Shown here: piece after piece, positions 13,311 through 26,255 of the stretch
How positions within the stretch are numbered: position 1 is the stretch's first letter
Layout of the letters: each line of letters begins with the position of its first letter
NCBI GenBank assembly: GCA_001949185.1
Contig: BDGG01000017.1
Span: 372,001 to 436,000 of the forward strand
Length of the DNA: 64,000 bases
Source: Ramazzottius varieornatus
Taxonomy: Eukaryota; Animalia; Tardigrada
Direction of reading: 5' to 3'
Program-made: the position numbers and the translations under genes
Notes under the pieces: generated by a model
What the model was told of the DNA's origin: nothing
What the model saw: only the letters and a program-made list of their open reading frames with translations
Database searches by the model: none

Positions 13311-13485
13311 AATCGGAGTTACGGTTGGCTAGCAGTGGGAAGCATGGTGGCTGCCCAACTGTTCAAAGTTCTGATCAGCTTCTGCGCTTATGAGTGACGT
13401 TGCAACTCATCTTAGCTACAGTGGGACTTTCGTCTGGCGGTGGCAACTTAATGTCTGTATTTATTCAGCCTAATGAAATCCTACC

Positions 13486-16089
13486 CAGTGTTATTTTAAT
13501 GATTGTAATAGGTAATTGAAAATGGCCGAAAATCGGCTCTTTTCAATTTCACTATCATAATTAAAATTGCTAAACTTCAACGGATTCCACCATGTAGTAA
13601 AATTATAGCAAAATTGGCTGGATGGTGAGATAGTAAAAAAGATAATTAAAATTAGGCCAAACTTGAACAAAAATGGGCCTGAATTGCGGAAAAGGGTTTG
13701 AAACTGTGCAATCGAGGGATTTTTTGGCGTGATTTATACTGCTGGACATTACTCACATTAGATGTGTCCTAGGTACTGCACATAAGCTCAGTTTGTGCAC
13801 CGGGTTTCCCAAAACGAGCTGCGCACCACATACTTCCATTTCGCGCACCGTAAAATAGTGCGATTTGTTGTGCTGCGGTGCATTGATTCAACGAATGTAG
13901 AGCTAACAGTGCGTCAGCATGGTGTGAAACGTACCAGTTTCCATCATCCCGCAATTAAAATAAAGGTGAAGTTATTGTCACCCAGTAAAACACAAACAGG
14001 TTGTTGGCACACACTGAGATTATGGTCGAAATCCACTAAGGATATTGTCACCCACTAACAACAAGAAAGTACAACAAGAAAGTCGACCTGTAAAACTGAA
14101 ATCATGAGGTTAGTAAGGAATGCGAGCGCCGGAATTATTAACACAATCAGTCATTCTATCAAACATCGAATTCACCAGGTTGCTGCAGTACTCGGGAGTC
14201 ACGATCGCTTTCCACGCTTCTTGGATAAGAGTGTCCAGCTCCACCAGATTTTTCGGTCTTCGGTCACAAATATACATATCCATTTTTCCCCAGACATTTT
14301 CGATGACATTAAGATCCGGAGATCGTGAAGGCCATGTCAAAACCTAAGATAGACAGACTGTAGACTTATATATTCGAAAGTACGTTCAAAATTTGATAAG
14401 TAAACGATGTGAAATTTGATATGCGAGACTTACTTCTATTCCTTCCTGCCGAAAGAATTGCCCTATCTTTCTGGAAGTGTGGATTGGACATTTGTCTTGC
14501 TGAAATGTCAGATCCCGTCCATGCTTATCCAAGAAAGGCAGCAGGCGCTCAAACAACGTATCCTCATATACGTCGGAATTAGTCCGACCATCTAACCTGA
14601 TCAACGCTACAGGTCCGGTCGCGGTGATGGCACCCCACAGCATTATCCTACCCTTGATGCGAGTGGCAACAGGAACTTGCAAGTCCTTGTCGTGACGATT
14701 CTCCCCTTTTAAATACCTGCACTAAAACAAATAGAATAAATAGAATAAAAAGAATAAAAAGAATATATAAAATAAATACAATAAATAAACAAAATAAACT
14801 AAATAAAAAAATAAAATAAATATAGTAAATATGACGAATACGATAAATAAAATGAATACGGTTCTCCAGAAGAAGCTTCCGCTGAATAAGGCACCAGAAG
14901 ACGCGATTGTCCCTATGCTCCTGGGTGAGCTCATCCAGGACAGCTTCGGATCGGCGGGCCTTAAAATCGCGTGGACGATTTAATAGTGTCTTGCGACCCA
15001 GTCCAACTTCCACAGCAATAAATCGGCGTCCTGCTCAGTGGTCGTCGTACGAGGTCTTCCTTTTGGCTTGGTAACTTTGCGCTTTTTCGTTGATTCATCG
15101 TAATTAACGATGATATTCTGCATCCACTTGTAGCTCTTTCCCACGAGCCGTCCAACTGCGCTGTAATTCCTGTTGTTTTGCGCAAAACACCTGAAGACAA
15201 GACCAACGAGGTCTGGATCGACAGGCTTTCCTGGTGCCATCCTGTAAAGTCTTTGGATCGCTGGTTCTATCCTGGCTTCGCTGTCAACCTTCCAACGGAT
15301 ACGGATTTCCAAAGCCGAGTACGACGAGTTGGGACAGATGGATAGATGTCCAAGAAGAGAACTTTCAGACCAGCTTGAACGTTTTGCCGGGTGTTATGTA
15401 ACATGTTGCCTCTCATTTGGGCGAGCTGTGGAGTGTGTGTATGTTTGATCAACTGCTGTAATCAACCATAAAGGAAAGCTGTCTCGTTTAGAACAGTTTT
15501 TGGTTCGGTGTCTTCACTGTCGATAGTCCAGCCTACTTTTAGAGTGGCTTATTTGCCTACACTGTAGTCCGAAAGTTCTTATAAAAAAAGAGTAGCTGTT
15601 AAATTGTTAGATGCGACTCTCGGACCTCCCTCAGTTGTTGAAAACTGGTCGAGATGCAGACTCAGGACAGCAGTACGAACATGCGAACGGATCTTATCTC
15701 TGTTGAAGTTTGTTGAGGCAGCATTGTTGTTCCCCAAAACAATCTCGACCGCGCTGGCAATTGCATGCGGTTCACAGTCATATCCGTTTGACTGTTTCCG
15801 GACTCTGGGGTAGAAAGTTATCTTCGTTACTGGGTCTAAGTGTTCGTAATCAGTTTCAAATTTCAGTGGGTTACCATAATTAAAGTGGGTTTCACTAATT
15901 AATTTTAGTGGGTGACAATAAACATCTCCTTGAATTAATTAGAATTTCCGCTGCTAGCATGAGTAAATGTAATAGATGGTGAACAATTCCATGAGAGCCG
16001 TTTCCTGCAACTAAAATTATGAAACCCGGTAGAATTTTGATGATCGTAATAGGAATTATAATTCTAAAAGTCATAGTGAAATATCACTG
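13486..16089. mobile_element. Composite DNA element: CAGTG termini with a near-perfect 8-bp TSD, enclosing a Tc1 transposase
   Basis: CAGTGTTATTTT at 13486 and AAATATCACTG ending at 16089. Flanks ATCCTACC / GTCCTACC. Inverted internal motif TATTGTCACCCACTAA near 13972 and 14043 versus 15905-15921. Confidence 0.6.
14110..15240 (-). pseudogene. Degenerate Tc1-family (DD34E) transposase with intron
   Basis: GRPRTTT, LTQEHRDNRVFWC, IMLWGAI and FQQDKCPIH...GIE|VLTWPSRSPDLNVIENVW (34 residues between D and E after splicing out ~14344-14433). Frameshifts present. The first-D region is replaced by an AT-rich tract at 14722-14860. Confidence 0.85.
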
Positions 16090-16335
16090 GTCCTACCTGT
16101 GAAATGTGAGAGTTCAAACGTCCGATTTTAGTTCCGGACGGTAGGCGTACACCGGGCAGCTCGCTATGCTGTTCGCATGAGACCGATCAGCTGATCAGAC
16201 ACGCGCTTGATTACTTGAGAAAGTCAAAAGACAACTGGACGTCGATCAGCTGATCGTGCTGCGCAGTGCATGACCAGCAGTCTCGTGGACAAACGCTGTT
16301 CGTTTGCCGAAGAAGCAATTGTCACTTCTCACCGG

Positions 16336-16508
16336 TACAGTGTATCACAGAATAAGCCGTTAAAAATATGTGTTGGAGGGAGCAAGATGGATGGAGCCAA
16401 TGAAATTCTCGCACGCATGATAATATAATCCTCATTGGCCGAGTCGTGAGTAAGCTCCAGCTGCAGTATAACGTCCATTTTTAACGGTTAATTTTGTGGT
16501 ACACCGTA
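16336..16508. mobile_element. Tc1/mariner-type MITE family A, copy 1
   Basis: TA-flanked TIR of consensus CAGTGTACGACAAAATTAACCGTTAAAAA and shared core gatggatg(g/a)agccaatgaaat. Four copies in the window. Confidence 0.8.
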
Positions 16509-16509
16509 G

Positions 16510-17333
16510 TAGAGCCCTGCAACATGCAGCACGTTCTGCACTGCACTGCATTTTACTGCAATGCAGTGCGGTTGCGGTCGCCGGAATGGTAAGAAAATGC
16601 AGTTGCAGTGCAGTTGCAGTTTTGAAAAGTGAGCACCGTTCGTCGCAGTATACTGTTGTTGGTCGAAAAAACAGTAGTAAAATCGGCTTTTTGCACCTTG
16701 TGGCCACGGGAACTGCATGAGCGATGTAGCGCGACGGACGGGCACTCCATACGCTAATTAATATTGCGACTGGAATACCATCTTTACGTACTATAATGAA
16801 ATCACAAAATGTCGTCTTAATAATCCAAATTATTTGAATTGCTGTCAAAAGCTGGATTCCGATTAATTGTAATCGTCAGTTCACTAACGACGAACTACCG
16901 GCAATTCGAGTTACGGCTGCGCGAAGGATTTCGATTGATCGTAATTGTAATTCAAACTGCAAAAGTCGTATCGGAACAACACTGACTGCATCTGCAATTG
17001 AGTGCTGTTTTTCAAACTGCAACTGCACTGCACTACATATAAAAATTAAGAGTTTCTGCCCACCAACGGAAATGCATGTCAAACACAACGTAAACGTCGT
17101 TGTTTCACGAAGTTCTAACCGAAAAACGGCAGAATCCGGCCACAAGGTGCAAAAAGCCGATTTTACTACTGTTTTTTCGACCAACAACAGTATACTGCGA
17201 CGAACGGTGCTCACTTTTCAAAACTGCAACTGCACTGCAACTGCATTTTCTTACCATTCCGGCGACCGCAACCGCACTGTATTGCAGTAAAATGCAGTGC
17301 AGTGCAGAACGTGCTGCATGTTGCAGGGCTCTA
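16510..17333. mobile_element. Non-autonomous element with ~195-bp near-identical inverted arms (TAGAGCCCTGCA termini)
   Basis: 16510-16705 is the reverse complement of 17138-17333. Rich in TGCAG/CTGCA. No TSD seen. Confidence 0.85.
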
Positions 17334-17929
17334 TGGGCTGCACTTGATGTTGCGAAGCCGTTCTGTGTTTCGGTCAATTCATTGAGTAAACCACCCGTTC
17401 ATCGCTGCCGAAAAATTATGTAATGACGCCACGACTCGCACGTGGCGTCATTACACTCAACGTCATCGCGGAGACTCGTCTTCGGTCTTCAGACGGTCGT
17501 CTCGCCGGTTTCACGGGTACGGGATTTTGGGCTTTTCTGGTAGCAATGCCACAGAATTTCAGTTCGAGGACCTTGGAAAACTTGAACGCTCCGGTACAGA
17601 AAGGAAGATTGAAGAGAACATACAGACAACACTCATCAAATTTCATAACGAAACGAGCTTTCGATATAAATTTCTGGCCGAGAAGGAAGACAACACAGAA
17701 AAAAGCTGAATTTTTGTCCGAATGTTTATCCTGGGTTCCCTACACGACAAAACCAAAACACATTACAACGTGTGCTGCTGCTCGCGGCGACGCGGCCCGT
17801 TTTTGAGGAGGATAGTAATCTCCCGGTTTCACACGGCCTGACACTTCCTTCCTGTTGTGAAGCACAAATTACGGTTGGGAAGCTGCCAAGCCTTTCTGAA
17901 CCCTGATGGAAGGCGGATTGAAATTAATG

Positions 17930-19930
17930 TCATATCAACCTGCAGAGTTCATCCTTTATTTCCTTAGTCGCAGAAAGACCCGAGGTGTCAGCCTTAAAAT
18001 CCTGTTGGCAAGGACAAGTTAACATCGTTGCAGGTTGGGCAATTTCCGTGAAGCGTTTTGGGACAACAGACGGAGGAGAGCTTACTGAACGGGACCATTT
18101 TTCAATTAGCAGAGTGTAATAACAGAAAATATTATGCGGTAATAAATTATTACGAGCATAATCTGAGCCTCTCTTTGCAATGACTCTGGCTTCCTCGTCG
18201 TGTGTCTTTGCCCATTCGAGCTTCTCCTCAAGGTCTGATAGGTCTCTCTTTACGGGAATGTAGTGGACTCCAGGCTGCAGGTCGTTGTAGAAGTGCTCGT
18301 AGTATTGGGAATCTTGCTTGAAGACGAGAGAATCCCCGGCCAGCAAGTACGGGAATCGGTAGGCTGAAATAACCATGAATAAACTGCCGAGCAGGGCCGA
18401 AAAACGGTAAATTCCGCCTACACCGTTCACGATATGGGGCAGTGCATATGCATTGGTCCTACTGAGCAGCTACTTACCAGCAACGGTTCCGTCTAGATTC
18501 AGCTGATACTTCGACTGGAAAAACTGAAAAAAGTCCACCCGATTTCCAGGTGGTCCGTGACTCTCCTCCTTGTCTCGGAAAAAGAAGAAGTTGGTGAGGG
18601 CTGCGTCGATCAAGTCGGGATGAGCTCGTGAAAGCTCCACCAGCCGTAACCGCTCCATCCTCGCATCCCGTCCACGCCAAAAGGCTTTGGTTTGTTTCTC
18701 GTCCCATACAGGAGTATCGGTAGCTTGTACTGATAACATGTCCAGAGTTACCCTAAAACAAGTAACCGGCATAAGCAAATTATGGGTAGGTCGAGAAAGA
18801 AACCATGAATCCATAATACCTGTTCATCGCGTGCAGACTGGACTCTGTGATGTCATAAGTGGGCATGACGATGTCGAACGATTGCACATTTCCGCACCAG
18901 GAAAAGACGGGCTGCTTCTGCTCCGAAGACCCACTCCCTGACTTTCTCGAAGTCAGTGGATAGTCACCTAAATTTACGATAAACTCTGTGCTAGGAAGGG
19001 CCGTTCGGCGCAGCAGGAAGAGCAGGGTTTGGTCCATGAACATGGCGAACCCGACGTGTTCGCCGTAGCATTTCCGGTATAACCGCACGTCTCGGATGAC
19101 ATAATGGCAAAAGCTTGCTGACTGTGGATGATACCGTGAAGCAAGCGCCTGGAAGGCTTCTGTGACGTTCAGTTTTCGGTTCTCCAAGTCTTGAAGATCT
19201 TTGTCAATTTGAGGAAAAGATTCCGGACAAGAAGCTGCCTGGAAAAGAGAGAAGGGTTAGGGCGCTACCGAGGTACGCTGGTACGGAGCCAGCACAAACA
19301 CACGTTCCGTGGTACGATTGTGCTTGATTCATATTGAAATCGAAATACCACGTGACGTAAGATAGCGTAACTACTGCAACAACTCCACGTGACTGAAACG
19401 ACGAAACGGAAAACTGTTGATTTAAACACAGTTTGATTGAGCTCAAACAAACTTGAACCTAAAGTTTTTTCACAAACCGTTTTCCACTCTTCCAGCGAGA
19501 CAGGACATTCGCAGTCAGAGTTGACGATGTCCTCTTCACTGATCCACGGAGAATGGAGAATATGCTGTCCATTCTTCAGGTGGACAGAGATCCGTAGTCC
19601 GTGACAGGTATCGTAAGTGCGATAGCGAGCAACGAAAGTCCCGTCTTTGCGATCGAGCAGTTCAGCGTGGATCCCGCATCGTCCCTTCAGCGCCTCGATC
19701 TTCAGAACGAAAGAAGCTTTTCCCGGTGACAGGGTACAGTTGTTTCCTGCTGCGTCGATAGCTTGGATGAAGAAGTAGCGCACCGGAAGGACGAGAGAAG
19801 CAGGCGACAGACCCGGACCCCACGCCAAACTCAAGTGCGAAGCTTCGGTCGGTTCATCCCCAACACACCTTCTTACAAACATACAAAGTATGGCTCGTGC
19901 CCAACATCCTGTGATTTCACAGTGAAACAT
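17930..19930 (-). CDS. POGLUT2: Protein O-glucosyltransferase 2/3 (KDELC; filamin + CAP10/GT90 domains), 4 exons
   Basis: [71 protein letters not shown]|[14 protein letters not shown], and KDEL near the C-terminus. Confidence 0.92.
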
Positions 19931-20626
19931 TGTAATAACCCGTAAACTGAGGTCGGAGAAGCAGTACAATTGTCTGTGGAGATCATTCTTGAAAAGCGAA
20001 TTAACCTCTAAATTACGCTCACTGGTAATCAGCGCACAAGACACGAGTCAAAGCCGTGCCAGCACAGCTTTGTCGTCCTCATGTACCCAACGGGCTGCCA
20101 AACTGCGTCTTGCTATCGATCGTGGCAGACCAAGCCTCCAAGTGCGCCCTGTTAGGTATCCTTCGCCAGAAAGCTGAAGTTTTTCTGCTTTCGGACATCG
20201 TCCAAAATTCAACAGAAATTACCCGACAACACTGCTCGATGTGATTGATAAAATTATCAAATAATGGTGGACTGCATTCCTTCGTCACCAAATAAAAATC
20301 TGTGCAAAGAATAATTCCAAGTTTAACCGTGTAAGAGAAACTGAATGACTGTAACGACGCCTGGAAAAAAACGCGATACAGAACCGTCACTAGTAGCAAA
20401 CCCAAAGAATATCACGGAACCAGTCCAGATGCTTCCCGGGATTCAGAACAATATGGATAGAACAGCCGAAAGGCACTAGAAGGTAAAAAAGAAGGTGCTG
20501 GAATGCCGGTGATCTTGTTTCTTTTGCCGTACAAAGGGGACGTTTCAACTTGAAGAATAAACCGTGCGGATGATAGCGTGCTTTATAATCTCACAGCCGT
20601 TTTGCCATTGCCTTTCCGGACGCCCA

Positions 20627-21067
<441 letters not shown>

Positions 21068-21841
21068 TCAGCTGTCGAGGTCCAGTTGGAAGGGCTGGAC
21101 ATAAATCAAGCAAATCAATACGTCTCCGGTCAGGCAGAGCTCGACATCCGCAGAGGCATCACTAGATGGCGCCATCAAACTGTGATCCGGAAGTACCAGA
21201 TCGCCCGGCTCGTACGAAGTGCTCACCGAGAAAAAGGAAACGTTACCTGCTTGCATGAGTTGCAACTTCACTTAAAATACCCAAACGCTCTCCGTATATT
21301 GACAGGTTGAGCCCTAACACTCTGCCTCTAGACCAACCGGTTTGCGCCTTCGACGGGTTGGATAAGCAATGTCACAGTACGTCCTGGTCACGTATCGACT
21401 GGATGGCTCGATGGACCGACCGTCCTGACCCACGACCAAGTTCTTTTCCAAGGTATGGTGGTTGGACTGGCAGTACTCATGGCGGTACTTCTGTCCAGCT
21501 CGGCGACAATCTTGTTATGACGCAGTAATTATGTACTGTACGTACGTTTATTTGACGGAGCCACAATGCAGCAAATCACTCTGAATCAAATTGGTATCAA
21601 GCGTGCTTTCCAGGTTCATCGTCCGGTCACGGAGGCTCTACTTCATAACTCGAAGATCCGTTGCTGGTTTACCGAAGAAAATGACAACGGTGTAGCGCAT
21701 TAAAAATACAAGCGGTAATGCTGGTATACATTACAGTACCGCAGATAAAAACAAAGGCAGTAAAGCGACTTTCCGCTTATTGAATTGTATGATAAATCGA
21801 CAACCGAGCCTTCCCAACAGATGGCCGCGATTCTTAGTTAA

Positions 21842-23773
21842 TTAAAAAATATATACTAGGGCTAGAACAGTTAAGAAGGCGTAGGTCGAAGTGTTGGTGG
21901 CATGACGTGGGCGATCTGCAGTCGCTCTAACGTCAAGAAAATCCTCGGCCGAAGATTGATTAGCGCTTTCCGGTGAGGGTGGTTCCAGTTGTGGTGGTAT
22001 GGTCGGTGGGGGACGGGGAAGAGTGGCAGGTTCAATCATGTACGCTGGATTAAAGAAGTGCAACATGAGTGAGTCCAGCGTCCACTCGTTACACCAGTGG
22101 AAATCGCAGACACAGTTCTTCCAGCCGGAAACAAAACATTGTCACTTATGGACCAAAAGCAACAGTTTAGATAAGACATAATTACAGGCAGTGGTTCGGT
22201 CCTGACGGTGAAAGTTTTGATCTCAGTGACTACGATCAGAAAGGGCGGAGCAAAATTGAGTTCAGCAATCACCCATGTTGGCTGTAAAACGACCACAAAA
22301 TGTCCTTATAAAACGGTCAATTTCGTAGTCAGTTAATGTTGGACTAGGTCGATGTACCAGAGGATATTTCGCTATTCCCTAGTATCGTGTTGTTGGCCTG
22401 ATCAGTTCTCTGCCTTGTCTGATCCAAACCATTCAGTGCCTGCGGCAATAAATTTTGTCTGATACCAACCTGTACTTGATGTCCTCCGTTTTCCACAATC
22501 CTTTTGGAGCATCCGTTTTCGAAAAAAAGCCAAGCCTGTAGATGGAGAGCTCTGGGTTCCCACTGGAAGTAGTTGCCCGAATCCCAATACCGATTTCGCA
22601 TCAATTCAGTCTTGATGCATCCTCGGGATAGCTGATCTATAGGACAGCCCATGACAGCCCAACAGGCCAGGAAATGACCTAGCTATAAAGTTTTGGGGTC
22701 CAACACTGCCCTTACAGGTTTTGCCATCATGCAACTTGGCCAGCTCCGTACCGCAGCGCTCTCCCATCGGCGTGACGGCGACCCAAGTGTAAGACTCGCA
22801 CCTTTCGCGGTTCATGCCGCTCATGGTCTGGACGAACAAGTCCCGCGCATCTTCTTTATACTCCATGGCGCAAGCCTCGTTACTGACAGCGTAGACCGGG
22901 TCATCGGCAGTCCCCACATGGGAGAACTGCGTCGTGCATTTGAAGCAGTACTCGTTCTCCACTGCGCTTACACAAAACAAAACTATGTGCACTGTTGTAC
23001 AAAAATAATATTGGACTTTTTTCATCAGTGTGTCTACTTCGCTTAGCCTCCAACTTGAAGTCGGAGAGGATGGGGCCACTTGGATAATCTTCGGTACTGA
23101 AGGTAGGGGGCATCAAGCTACTCTCGTAATCGTGGAAACGTTGCTTGAGGCTTGCGTAGGTCCAATCGTTGCACAGGTCGGTTTCGCAGTAACACTTGAT
23201 CCTTTGCGTTTGCGGCTCAGTGCCGGCCCGACGTGGGCTGCAGTTCTCCGTGGCACCGCCAGCTATATATCCACTCAGGCTTTCTCTTGTCCAAAGCCAG
23301 CACGAGCGTGTCACCCCATCTACAAGAGGACAACGACTCTTGCCTCCCTCTTAAGCAAACGTCCAGTCGTAGATTACTCATCACCGACGTGACCGGTTGT
23401 GTTGGTTTCTCCCTTAGTGAGCTTCAAGCCTGGACTTACAGCGAAATCCGTCGGCTGGTAGTACAGTGTCGACATCCGAGTCAGCGCCGATTCGCGTGAA
23501 AAGGACGGTGCAGTACTGCCCCAGCGGGCATATGCTGATATTCTGCGATAGCAGTGTCCGATTAGCGGCGATGCAGTACTTGGAATCAGCTGGTGCTCGT
23601 GCAGTATCCACTTGGTGCTTCTCGTCAACCACGGTCGAACATGAGTAGCACTGTTTGTTCCTGTATGCAATGTCCGACACTTGGTACGGCTCGGCCGAGG
23701 TTTCCCACATCCACATAGCACATGATAAGAGCGCACATAAGACACATTTTCTTGATAGCCTCCATAACACCAT
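21842..23773 (-). CDS. Secreted/GPI-anchored Cys-rich protein with two Ly6/uPAR (three-finger)-like domains, 5 exons
   Basis: Signal peptide; CYSC...CYCETDLCN and CFKC...CVCDFHWCN; Pro-rich stalk; hydrophobic C-terminus YAFLTVLALVYIF. Exons join in frame. The start lies next to the N gap and is uncertain. Confidence 0.7.
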
Positions 23774-23789
23774 TGGGGGGGGGGGGGGC

Positions 23790-23839
23790 NNNNNNNNNNN
23801 NNNNNNNNNNNNNNNNNNNNNNNNNNNNNNNNNNNNNNN
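23790..23839. other. Assembly gap (50 N) after a poly-G run
   Basis: N run in the sequence. Confidence 1.
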
Positions 23840-24220
23840 GTGCAGTATCACACACGGTTAGCCCAGCGTGTCATTGATTACCTGTTTATTTACTCATGGC
23901 GCAAATCTGTTTGACTGATCGATAGCTGACCGTTGATTGGCCGGTCTGCCGCGTGCTCACTACCCGGGACGGATTCACGCGTACGACTGTGTGAAGGATC
24001 GTACATACTGAGAATCAGAGATCCTATCATTTGATCTTTCCTCGCAGCGAGATGATCGAAAGCTGATCTTAACTTTAACTTTCTAAAACGGCCAAGTTGA
24101 CCCGCCTCGCGAATTAAGAACTATGGCCGTAAAAGAATCCATAAAAAATGTTGGATGGGTTGGCCAGGAGGCTAAAAGTACCACCCATTGGTAGATGAAA
24201 CAGAGCTTAGTCTGGCCCTG

Positions 24221-24500
24221 TAGAGCCATGCAACATGCAACACGTTCTGCACTGCACTGCATTTTACTGCAATGCAGTGCGGTTGCGGTCGCCGAAATGG
24301 TGAGAAAATGCAGTTGCAGTGCAGTTGCAGTTTTGAAAAAGTGAGCACCGTTCGTCCCAGTATATGGTTGTTGGTAAAAAAACTAGTAAAATCGGCTTTC
24401 TTGCATTTTCTGGTCGGATTCTACCGTTTTTCGGTTGGAGTTCCGTGAAACATCGACACTTGCGTTGTGTTTGACATGCATTTCCGGCAGAAACTCTTGC
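24221..24500. repeat. Partial copy of the 16510-17333 element
   Basis: tagagccatgcaacatgc... matches the reverse complement of ~17050-17333. Confidence 0.8.
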
Positions 24501-26082
24501 AGTTTCTGGAAACCGAATGCAGTGCAGAAGTAGCACAGGTTTCAGCTACTGCTGCAGAACTCTACTGGTCTGGGAGGTCAATTGCTCGAACGGGTAAAAT
24601 TTCATCAGCGTTTTGGGAAATGACTCAGACGTTCCATGTTTCCGGACCTTTTCTTGTCTCCTCAAATCGCGCTTGCTTTCCTGGATTAGGTAGCTGACTG
24701 AGCTCGACGACACTCGTCTGAGGATGTGTGGTGGATTAAGACTACCTGATTGCTGTTGTTTCAGGTTGGCCGACAGAGCCGCGTGACTGACTGCCTGTGT
24801 AGCGAGAATTTCGTACATTATTTAGTGTTGGAAAGGCTCCACGAGTGTACGAGTACGATGAGTGTATGACTGACAGGGGATTTCCTCGAGGTATTAAGCC
24901 AGCCCTGCAGGCGGCGTATCTTGAGAAGTATATTAGCTGAAAGCTGTCAGTTGTTCGAGACTCTTCAGTTTCTCCTTCAGCTGAATTTTGATCAGTGAAG
25001 TGCAGTACGAACTCCAGCTTTTGCCGGTCCTCTGTGAAGCCTAACTGGCTGACTTAGAGGTCTGCGAGGTCTTTCAATCTTCCTTGGTGGATAAACCTGT
25101 CGATTGTCAGCGAAGCCTGAGGTTCCTGCAGGATCAAAGTCGAGGACGCTTGGCTAAGGCCCTTTGGAATACCGGGATCAACTGGCGGACACTGGCGAGG
25201 TAAGTCTCGGAGACAAACAAGTAGCCCACAGGTCTTAAAGAAAGAGAGGGTGACTCGTGTGACGGATAGGAAAGTATCAGTGGTGGTTTGTCTGGAAGAC
25301 TTGTGAAGTGGGATTCTGTATTGAACAACAGGCAGAGCGCCGGCACCATCAGGTTCTCTATCAACTCGAAGTTTAGCTGAAGCTGACGTCCGTTTAAAGT
25401 TCCTCGTTAGTCGGACGATTAAAGTTATTAATCGAGGTGCAGTGTGAATTAGCCTACCGCCTGAGCCAGCAATTTTGTTGCAGGCTTTTTGCCGTGGTGA
25501 GATTTACTTACGCTACATCTGCCTGCCTTCTTCTACCATGTCATGTCTAGTGTTTCCTGTTTTCTGGCCTCGCTTTCTCTCGGTTCCCCTTGTTTAGGTG
25601 AGTACCGACCTTCGCGGAAGCCACCATGGGATGGATGGTGGATCGTTCGCCCACCTGACTGCTCTTATTTCAGGTTAGCCGGTCGAAGCCAAGTGTTTGC
25701 TTGCCTGCCTCCCGTCATCGTGTGCTCGGTCTCTCCTGTCTTCTTGGCTGCACTGCCATCTTCTCCTCTTACCCTGCGCTTCTTCCAGAGCTCCTCCATT
25801 TCCTCTGCTTGTTATTTCTTGTCTTTCACAGGATGGTGGTTACATTAGCACGGTTATATACTGCTAGTTCACTTGAGGCAGGTGCGCGTCTCCGGTTGGC
25901 ATACGTATCGCGTGCGTGACGGTTCTGGCTTTTCAAAACGTGCGCGACATGCAAGTGCATACGACTGTCTTTTTAATAAAGTGTGACGTCATCAGTTTTA
26001 ATGGGCGTGTCGATGTATTTCCGCCTCCTCTAGTCAGGTTTTGAAACAGCGTTTCTACCGTGTTATACAGCTGTAAGACCAG

Positions 26083-26255
26083 TACACTGTACGACAACAT
26101 AAACCGTTAAAAATGGGTGTTGGATGGAGCCAGATGGATGAAGCCAATGAAATTTACGCATGCAGCAAAATACAGTTCTCGTTGGCCGAGTCGTAAATAA
26201 CTTCCAACTGCAGTATTACGCCCATTTTTAACGGTTAATTTTGTCGTACACTGTA
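26083..26255. mobile_element. MITE family A, copy 2
   Basis: Same TIR and core as the copies at 16336 and 63114. Confidence 0.85.

Larger units (their letters stand above)
10010..13460. mobile_element. ~260-bp MITE with TIR core TTAAGTTGCCAC, split by the hAT insertion (halves ~10010-10141 and 13311-13460)
   Basis: ttaagttgccac at ~10018 and gtggcaacttaa at ~13440. The joined halves match the reverse complement of 56942-57207. Confidence 0.85.

Noticed and set aside
14648-15013. Phe/Ile/Tyr-rich ORFs that look like membrane proteins
   Set aside because: Produced by the AT-rich microsatellite inside the Tc1 remnant.
16432-17423. Cluster of Cys/Ala/Leu-rich ORFs on both strands, with similar ones at 24264-24536
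   Set aside because: They are translations of the inverted TGCAG-rich repeat arms, not genes.
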